Shown: in pieces, positions 57,331 through 64,000 of the stretch
Numbering within the stretch: the first letter of the stretch is position 1
How the letters are laid out: each line of letters opens with the position of its first letter
Origin: Candidatus Woesebacteria bacterium
Lineage (GTDB): Bacteria; Patescibacteriota; Microgenomatia; UBA8517
DNA: 64,000 bases
NCBI GenBank assembly: GCA_013374835.1
Contig: CP055307.1
Span: 749,304 to 813,303 of the forward strand
Reading direction: 5' to 3'
Translations under genes and position numbers: made by a program
The notes under the pieces: model-generated
The model's input: only the letters and a program-made list of their open reading frames with translations
What the model was told of the DNA's origin: nothing
Database searches by the model: none

Positions 57331-59562
57331 TTACATTTCCCTCTCTAAGATCCCTTTAAGTGAAACACTCTGGGCGTATACAGATCCGTGTATTTTAAGA
57401 GGTGAATCAGGATTTGGGTAGGAAGAGGCTGTTTCAAATTCACCCTGGGTGTAGAAAACCCCCTCAAGAGCATATTCATTTGCTGGGCTTGTTACTGATG
57501 GGATTACTGTGGTATTTCCACCTACTATTGCCATAAAAAAGTCTTGGGAAGGATTTGCCAGAGTTATCCTTCCTGCTATTGTTAGATTCCCCTCTACCAT
57601 AAGGACTACCTTTCTTCCACCTGATATTGTTATGTTTCCGTTTATTGTTAAGTTTCCATTTCTTCTGTACCATTCGTATCCTTCAGCGTCTGATCTTGCT
57701 CCAGAGAGGTTTGAGATGGCTGAACTGCTTATGGAGGTTACTAAAATGCGGGTTGGAATCAATGTTTGGAAAAGACGGTAGGAATAGTCTGTTTTTATAT
57801 TTGAAATTGAATTTGCAAGCCAGAGGGTTTCTGAGACAATCCCCCTTGAATCTGCCTGTGCTGAGAAGTCTGCTCTTCTTCCTCCATAGATACCAACACC
57901 TGGTGTACCCCCAGAACCAGTTAGAATGAACACTGGGTTGCAAGCTGGGGGTGTACATGTTGGCGGTATGGGTGAGTCAAGATCCCCTGTGCCTGATATT
58001 ACATCTCCTTCTTTTGCTTGTATCCATGGGTCTGGGGCTTGTATGTTTAGGGTTGATGTATCCTGACAGCGGACTACTCCATACATAACCCCCTCCCCTA
58101 TTATTCTTGTGTTTCCTATTGAAAGGGCTGTTATGTCTGATCTAAAAGGCTGGGATGTATCAGGGGATGTAGCACTAGCTAAGGATGGGTTTTCAATTCT
58201 AAATCTTACTTCTGAGACAGTGCCGTTTGTTCCGTTTGCTATGGCTGCTATTTCCCTTTGTTCACCTATAACCATATTTAAAGGATCTGGAAGAAGGTTA
58301 AGAGTACAGCTTGGGGCTGAAACAGTAAAGGATGCTGTATCTGAGCAGGTTGGACTGCCATTAACATATACTGTTCCTGTTATTGTTACAGTTCCTGGGG
58401 AAATGGCGGTAATTCTGGTATTAAAAGGAAAGGAAAAATCAGGTGAAACCACATTTGCTATTGAGCTGTTGCTGGAGGAAAAAGAAACAAAAGAAACTGA
58501 TCCGTTTCTAACGCTTATTGAAGCATTTAAAGTAGCACTCTGACCGATATTTGTTGTCATAGATCTTGGATTAAGGGAGATGCTGCAGCTTGGAGGAGGT
58601 GGTGGTGTGGGACGAGGTGTGGGAACAGGTGGCACAGGTGTTGAGCCAGGGCGGGGTGTGGGTGTTGATGGTGCTGGTGTTGAGCCAGGGCGAGGAGTTG
58701 GGGTTCTGGGGGGAGTTGTTGGAGCAAATGTTGGTGTTACAGATGAATCTGTTATTGTAATTAATGCACTTGAATGGCAGCGCTCTACTCCATTTACCAA
58801 GCCTCTTGCATATATTCTTGTTTGTCCTGCTGATACTGGTCTGAAATACATATAATAGTAAGGCCCACTTGTTGAAGGATTTATTATTGGTCCACCCCAG
58901 GGAGCATTTCTAATCCTTACTACATTTGTATCATTAACTGTCCAGAGAACTTTAAAATCTGCTTCTGGAGGATTAAATTGAAGGTAGCAGTTATTAACCT
59001 TTATTCTACTGCAATCAGGGAGAATCCCTCTTCTGAAGTATGCTGTTGAGATGTCAAATGTTCCACTGTCAACTCTTCCCAAAAGACACCACTGGGGGGC
59101 TGAACCACCTCCACTGGGTGCACACCTTGCTGGATCCCATACACAATTTCCTTCCCAAAGGACACATTCTGAAGTGGGATGGCCACAGGTACTACAAGAA
59201 CCACAGCCACCACTTCCACCTGGAGCAGTGGTTGGAGTGGGAGTTGATGCTGGTGCTGGTGTAGCAGGATTGCTTATGGTGCAGGAACCAGTCCAGTAAT
59301 CACACCCACTTGTATTGGGCATGATTCCACAATCAGGATATACTCCACATCCTCTGTTTTGGGAGTTACAGTTTTTCCAAACTTTACTAACATTATCCCA
59401 AGTACATCCAAAATAACAGATAAATCCTGGCCCGGTACAGCTTTGGGCATTTATTTTTGGTGGTGAAATAGCGCGGACACCGATAAACCACGCAAAAAGT
59501 ATGAATATTAGAAGATAGTACTTTTTAATACAAAATTTATTATAAAGAAGTTTATCAAACAT
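57331..59562 (-). CDS. large secreted protein: signal peptide, novel 8-Cys domain, Pro/Thr-rich linker, Ig-like domains, beta-rich C-terminal domain
   Basis: 743 aa. Signal ...GVRA/ISPPKINAQSC. The Cys-rich domain CTGPGFICYFGCTWDN...CNSQNRGCGVYPDCGIMPNTSGCDYWTGSC is paralogous to the protein at 61655-61939. A (S)TPTPRPGSTPxP repeat. Big_2-like modules. Confidence 0.6.
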   Translation of the reverse strand: MFDKLLYNKFCIKKYYLLIFILFAWFIGVRAISPPKINAQSCTGPGFICYFGCTWDNVSKVWKNCNSQNRGCGVYPDCGIMPNTSGCDYWTGSCTISNPATPAPASTPTPTTAPGGSGGCGSCSTCGHPTSECVLWEGNCVWDPARCAPSGGGSAPQWCLLGRVDSGTFDISTAYFRRGILPDCSRIKVNNCYLQFNPPEADFKVLWTVNDTNVVRIRNAPWGGPIINPSTSGPYYYMYFRPVSAGQTRIYARGLVNGVERCHSSALITITDSSVTPTFAPTTPPRTPTPRPGSTPAPSTPTPRPGSTPVPPVPTPRPTPPPPPSCSISLNPRSMTTNIGQSATLNASISVRNGSVSFVSFSSSNSSIANVVSPDFSFPFNTRITAISPGTVTITGTVYVNGSPTCSDTASFTVSAPSCTLNLLPDPLNMVIGEQREIAAIANGTNGTVSEVRFRIENPSLASATSPDTSQPFRSDITALSIGNTRIIGEGVMYGVVRCQDTSTLNIQAPDPWIQAKEGDVISGTGDLDSPIPPTCTPPACNPVFILTGSGGTPGVGIYGGRRADFSAQADSRGIVSETLWLANSISNIKTDYSYRLFQTLIPTRILVTSISSSAISNLSGARSDAEGYEWYRRNGNLTINGNITISGGRKVVLMVEGNLTIAGRITLANPSQDFFMAIVGGNTTVIPSVTSPANEYALEGVFYTQGEFETASSYPNPDSPLKIHGSVYAQSVSLKGILEREM

Positions 59563-59604
59563 TAACTAACTATATATTACATTTGTATTAAATTTCAATC
59601 AAAA

Positions 59605-61560
59605 TTAATTTATTGCAACCAAGGAGTTCTCGTGAGCAATATCCACCTCGTAACCTAAGTAGACTGATGTATAATTTTCCCCAAGAATTTTATCAAAAAT
59701 GATTTCTACTTCATTTACAAATCCCCCTACAACCGGCTTAAGCTTTACGAAATTGCCTCCATATCCCAAATATGAAGCCATTAACCCCAGAATAATATTT
59801 TCTGATATGGTTGTATTAGCAATCGAAGAATCTTGGCTTCTTGGAGCCATATATAAAGTACGGGCAAGCACGAAGTTTGATTTTAAAAATTTCTCAATTT
59901 TATAACCATTTGCAGCATAATCTAAATAAACAACAGGAATAAAAACGTCAGCATTGTTATCTGTTGCTAATTGGATAAAAACACAAAAATCTTCGTTTTT
60001 CTTCGTGAATCGTGGATGTTCGGTAAAAGTCTCTACTATATTATCTATTATCCTTTTTTCATGATTAAATCTGGTTTTTGACAAGTCATCTAGACCCAAG
60101 TTAATTCTCTGATTTAATTGCGTAGGATTACCCTCTAAATATATTTTTCCCCCAAGCTCTGGAATAATAAGTGTATCAAGCGTTGTAACCCAACCGCTTT
60201 CAACATTTTGCCCCATCCCAGGCCTCCAAACAAATACTTTTCCATCCATGATCTTTACATATCCCCTTAGTTCATGGGAGTATTTTCCCTCTGCTTCATC
60301 TATTACTTCTTGGGGTGTGTATTCTGTTACAGTTTCTTTTGTTTGCCTGTATTCTTCTTCTGTTATTCCATATTCTTCATGGGGGTTTATTTCACTATCG
60401 TAATAGAATATTTCAGTTTTTTCTTTGAAATAGCTAAAATCATTAATATTTGGACCTAATGCTACTTTTTCTAACGGGACACCTTTTACCTGAAACAGAG
60501 AGTAAGCAACCCAAGCATTCTTTATTCCTTCTGGTGTGGGAGTTTCTACAAGGATCCATGTATAGCCTTCATTTGACACCTCTATCATTCCATCTTCGTT
60601 TATAACTGCCCCAAAAAGGTCTAAGTTGTCAGGGACTGCCTCAGGGTTGGGGATTATAACTTCTTCGTTTATCTGCCCCAAGATCTGAGAGGTGGTATTT
60701 GGCTCTTCCCTTAGATTTACATTTGCTCCTTGTGAGAAGGTTCTGAGTGTAAGAAAGTATGCAGCTTCCTTAGTAATTATTTGTGATATGTTTCCATCTT
60801 TGTCTACCTCCACAGGGATGAGTGATCCATTGGCTGGGAATTCAAAGGATCTGTTTTCATTTATGTATCCACATCTTGTCAGAGCTTTTAGTAGATCCTC
60901 CTTGAGTGTATCGTCTAATTTTGCAATGACTATTTTTGATCCTTCCTCCGCTGGATTAATCCAATGAAGGTCTCCTTCACTTCCATAAAATATTACTCCA
61001 CCACTTTTATATTCTACTTCATTCCAAGTAAAATCATTTTGTGCTTCAAGTACAACTGAAACTTTTTTGATTTCAGAATCTTTGTTTGTTTGGGTAAGAA
61101 GCTTTATGGACAGTTCTCCACCCCAGTTTTTTGCTTCTTCCTGCAAAAAAAGAACTCTTTCAAAACTTTGGGAAAGATCTGGATTGGTGATATTTTGAAG
61201 TTTTTCCATCTTTTCCGGATCAAGAGATACTGCCATCAGGGTGTCTGGAGCTTTCCTTGTTACTATCTCTGAGACAAGTCTTGATTCTTCATCCTCAAGG
61301 CTGATTGATGGTATTTCAGGAAGAAATTCTTTTTGAATTTGATTTTCTTTTGTTTCAAAGTCTGGAATAACTACATCACCCATTTGAGAAGCTCTAAACT
61401 CATCTACTGAACCTATGTTTTGTGTGTGGGAATTTAATGAATTTGGATATGACTTTTGGGGATTTTTTTGATATTTTTCAGAAATAGGTCCAAGTGTTGA
61501 AGAAGAAAAAAATACACCTGTAAAAAGAGCATCCACAGTCCCTTTAAACCTATCTTTCAT
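59605..61560 (-). CDS. paralog A of a duplicated ~645-aa protein family of unknown function (SH3b-like segment)
   Basis: 651 aa. Shares long identical blocks with the protein at 62020-63942 (YGITEEEYRQTKETVTEYTPQEVIDEAEG.YSHELRGYVK). SH3b-like NVNLREEPNTTSQILG. Confidence 0.6.
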   Translation of the reverse strand: MKDRFKGTVDALFTGVFFSSSTLGPISEKYQKNPQKSYPNSLNSHTQNIGSVDEFRASQMGDVVIPDFETKENQIQKEFLPEIPSISLEDEESRLVSEIVTRKAPDTLMAVSLDPEKMEKLQNITNPDLSQSFERVLFLQEEAKNWGGELSIKLLTQTNKDSEIKKVSVVLEAQNDFTWNEVEYKSGGVIFYGSEGDLHWINPAEEGSKIVIAKLDDTLKEDLLKALTRCGYINENRSFEFPANGSLIPVEVDKDGNISQIITKEAAYFLTLRTFSQGANVNLREEPNTTSQILGQINEEVIIPNPEAVPDNLDLFGAVINEDGMIEVSNEGYTWILVETPTPEGIKNAWVAYSLFQVKGVPLEKVALGPNINDFSYFKEKTEIFYYDSEINPHEEYGITEEEYRQTKETVTEYTPQEVIDEAEGKYSHELRGYVKIMDGKVFVWRPGMGQNVESGWVTTLDTLIIPELGGKIYLEGNPTQLNQRINLGLDDLSKTRFNHEKRIIDNIVETFTEHPRFTKKNEDFCVFIQLATDNNADVFIPVVYLDYAANGYKIEKFLKSNFVLARTLYMAPRSQDSSIANTTISENIILGLMASYLGYGGNFVKLKPVVGGFVNEVEIIFDKILGENYTSVYLGYEVDIAHENSLVAIN

Positions 61561-61654
61561 ATTATCCTATAATACCATAAATGGGTAGGATTTCCAGTAT
61601 GAACATTCTTAACCGAAGCTCTACTTGGCCTTAATTCAAAACCCACTTTAATTA

Positions 61655-61939
61655 TTATACTACAGTGGCAGGATTGCTTATGGTGCAGGAACCAGTCCAT
61701 GTTTGACATCCACTTGTATTGGGCATGATTCCACAATCAGGATATACTCCACATCCTCTGTTTTGGGAATTTCTACAATTTACGTATCTTCCATTTATCA
61801 AGTCACAATTCCAATAACAGGTAAATCCCGGACCCGTACACGTTTGGGCTCTTACGGTGCTGGAGAAAATTAAAACAAATAAAAAGCTTAACGAGGCTAT
61901 AAGCACAAAGCGAGGTTTAAAGAATGATATTTTTGGCAT
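61655..61939 (-). CDS. small secreted 8-Cys protein, paralog of the N-terminal domain of the protein at 57331-59562
   Basis: 94 aa. Signal ...TVRA/QTC, then CTGPGFTCYWNC...CRNSQNRGCGVYPDCGIMPNTSGCQTWTGSCTISNPAT. Confidence 0.6.
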   Translation of the reverse strand: MPKISFFKPRFVLIASLSFLFVLIFSSTVRAQTCTGPGFTCYWNCDLINGRYVNCRNSQNRGCGVYPDCGIMPNTSGCQTWTGSCTISNPATVV

Positions 61940-62019
61940 GTTTTTATTAATATTTTACCTCTATGTACCAACCTAATATAAATATACTAAAGTTTTAGTA
62001 TAAAAGTAAAATGAAGTTA

Positions 62020-63942
62020 TTAATTTAAGGCTAGTAAAACCCGTTCCCTAATTACGTCAATTCCAATGCCTGTTTGTCTATAATATGGTGATGTTTTTCC
62101 TGGACCTAAAACATATGACATTACACTTTCCACAGAGCTACTAAATCTACCAAGGTGTCTTTCAGAAAATTTTACAAAATTTCCATGTTCGTTATAGTGT
62201 AAAGATATCAAAATTAAAATAAAATTTTCGGAGAGTGCACTTTCAACCATTTCATTGCCCAATTGTCCTTTAACTGTACAGAGAATTCTCCCGAATGCGA
62301 AGTCTTGATCTTTAAAATACTGGTATTTATATCCAGTTTGTACTTGATCTTGATAAACTGATGTTGGCGTATATACATCTGTATAATTGTCTGAACCAAT
62401 CTGAATATATAGTTTAAAATTTTTATCAACCGTTCTAAATCCAAATTTATAGTTTGATATACCTTCTGCTAAAAGCCTATACACTTCTGGATTGTTGCTA
62501 AAAATTAATGTCGATATATCAGGATAATCATATATCTTTCTGTCCTTCAAATTTTTAGGGTTACCTTGAAGTATAATTTCATATCCTCCCATTTCATCTG
62601 GCACGAACTTGCGTCCCATCTCTGTCACCCAACCACTTTCTATATCCTTCCCCATTCCCGGCCTCCAGACGAATGTTTTTCCATCTATAAGCTTTACATA
62701 TCCTCTTAGTTCATGGGAGTATCTTCCTTCTGCTTCATCTATTACTTCTTGGGGTGTGTATTCTGTTACTGTTTCTTTTGTTTGCCTGTATTCTTCTTCT
62801 GTTATTCCATATCTTTCCCATGGTTTATCTCCAAAATCAAAGTAGTTTATTTCATCAATGCTTCTAAAAATTGACTCCCTTGGTATTTGAGGCCCGGCTG
62901 CTACATTTACAGTATCTGGATTTTTTACATCTAAGGCACTCCAGCCATACCGCCCATCGCTATACTGGACTAAGTACCATGTATATCCATTGGCTTGCGT
63001 TACAAGAGCTTCATCTTCTTTATATATGCCCACAGAAACGTCTCTGGGATCTACGTTTCCAGGTAACTCTGGGGGTAGTGCTGTGGGTGTAACTATTGAT
63101 GTATTGGCATCCAAGATTTGTGTTATTATGTTTTGATCATTTGACGGATTTGGTTCGCTTCGGACGTTAAGCTCAACCTGGCCAACAAATACTTTTTTTG
63201 TCAAAGATACGGCTTCTCCTTCAGTGATTATCTGGACAATATTTCCTTCTCTGTCCAATTCCGCCATTATCCAAGAACCGGCTCCTTTGGTTATTAGTTC
63301 CCCATATCCGAGTTCTTGGTATCTTGCTTTTAACTGGGAATCTGTATATTCATCAAGTTTTATGATTTTAATTTCTGATCCGGGAAGATAGTTGGATTGT
63401 TCAATAAAATGCAAACCAAAATCTTCATCTTTGTTTTTCCTTATGATAACAGGGCTGCCGGCACGCACATCTCTCTCCCCCCACTTGAAATTGCTTTTTG
63501 CCCTCATTATCACAGCAGCTTCTTTTGGAGGGTTTACACCGTCATAATCAAAGAGTATTTCCAGTCCTAAATCAGCACCTTCTTCACGCAGGTCGTTTAT
63601 CCAACCTAGTGCATAATCAACCTGTTCTTTTAAGCCTTGAGTTTCAAAATGAATTTCGGGAGTTAAATACCCATTTAGATTTTCCTTGAGTTTAAGTTCT
63701 CTGAAAGTAAGCGAAGGCTCTATTGGTCTATTATACTCAAGCTCTATCAATTTGGCGGCATCAGTTTCTGTAAGATTAAATTTCTCAACCGATGCCAGAA
63801 ACTGAATCTTGGATTGCCTTTCTTTTGTTTCCAAATCAGGAAGCGCAGTCATAATAAGTGCCAAGTCCGCACCCAATTCCAAGACTTGGCGCCTAGTTAG
63901 ATTTATATCAAGCACCTTCTCAACAAAATTATCAGGTGTCAT
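62020..63942 (-). CDS. paralog B of the duplicated ~645-aa protein family (possible Tat-like RR motif near N-terminus)
   Basis: 640 aa. N-terminus ...LTRRQVLELGADLALIMTALP. SH3b-like VELNVRSEPNPSNDQNIITQILD. C-terminal blocks shared with paralog A. Confidence 0.6.
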   Translation of the reverse strand: MTPDNFVEKVLDINLTRRQVLELGADLALIMTALPDLETKERQSKIQFLASVEKFNLTETDAAKLIELEYNRPIEPSLTFRELKLKENLNGYLTPEIHFETQGLKEQVDYALGWINDLREEGADLGLEILFDYDGVNPPKEAAVIMRAKSNFKWGERDVRAGSPVIIRKNKDEDFGLHFIEQSNYLPGSEIKIIKLDEYTDSQLKARYQELGYGELITKGAGSWIMAELDREGNIVQIITEGEAVSLTKKVFVGQVELNVRSEPNPSNDQNIITQILDANTSIVTPTALPPELPGNVDPRDVSVGIYKEDEALVTQANGYTWYLVQYSDGRYGWSALDVKNPDTVNVAAGPQIPRESIFRSIDEINYFDFGDKPWERYGITEEEYRQTKETVTEYTPQEVIDEAEGRYSHELRGYVKLIDGKTFVWRPGMGKDIESGWVTEMGRKFVPDEMGGYEIILQGNPKNLKDRKIYDYPDISTLIFSNNPEVYRLLAEGISNYKFGFRTVDKNFKLYIQIGSDNYTDVYTPTSVYQDQVQTGYKYQYFKDQDFAFGRILCTVKGQLGNEMVESALSENFILILISLHYNEHGNFVKFSERHLGRFSSSVESVMSYVLGPGKTSPYYRQTGIGIDVIRERVLLALN

Positions 63943-64000
63943 GTTATCCTATAATACCATAAATGAGTAAGATTTCCCAGTATAAACCTAAACCCACTTT

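Noticed and set aside
1-64000. CRISPR arrays and rRNA genes
   Set aside because: No regularly spaced short direct repeats and no rRNA-like conserved blocks were seen. The only repeats are the gene-associated ones reported above.

Overview
This window looks like a compact, AT-rich bacterial chromosome segment. It resembles a small-genome CPR/Patescibacteria-type organism, which is an inference from gene content and architecture rather than a phylogenetic placement. TGA is used as a stop codon (the rpsP stop overlaps the next ATG), so the code is standard.

From 5' to 3' the window contains:
- A housekeeping block on the plus strand: recG, a short unlisted rpmF, nusB, rnc, rpsP and a KH-domain protein.
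- A complete minus-strand type IV pilus locus (3.9-15.4 kb): pilB, pilT, pilC, a major pilin, pilD, six more prepilin-like genes including a PilX-like one, then pilM, pilN and pilO.
- holB-like, gyrB, ppa, an MBL hydrolase, an M16 peptidase and a DUF2233-like protein.
- A gamma-class N6-adenine DNA methyltransferase fused to an HsdS-like target-recognition domain, directly followed by a Cas4/RecB-like PD-(D/E)xK nuclease with a 4-Cys cluster. This is a candidate split restriction-modification or defence module.
- Small membrane, PspC and RRM proteins, gyrA, a convergent Xer-type tyrosine recombinase and a HAD/NT5C-like gene.
- A 780-bp ORF-free AT-rich tract with iteron-like repeats and a perfect 16-bp palindrome.
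- yebC, TPR, LCP, Kef-type antiporter, rluA, a DksA/TraR zinc finger, an Lgt-like protein, efp, tRNA-Leu(CAA), dnaB and an MBL hydrolase.
- hisS, EamA, rpmE with a Lys-rich tail, an N-terminally truncated RF1, htrA, ctpA, then rpsR, ssb and rpsF with no rplI, and ychF.
- A roughly 142-bp promoter/leader module, including an 18-codon Thr-run uORF and a 10-bp-stem hairpin, that lies upstream of ychF and is directly repeated 3.76 kb away upstream of a frameshifted tyrS. The bracketed segment carries ligT-like, nrnA-like and tyrS.
- A GT-C glycosyltransferase, a decayed histidine-kinase remnant, a secreted helical protein and an Amidase_3 protein.
- At the 3' end, a tandemly duplicated two-gene module: a ~645-aa paralog followed by a secreted protein with a novel 8-Cys domain. 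It shows gene-conversion tracts and a conserved 5' leader.

No CRISPR arrays and no rRNA genes were seen.
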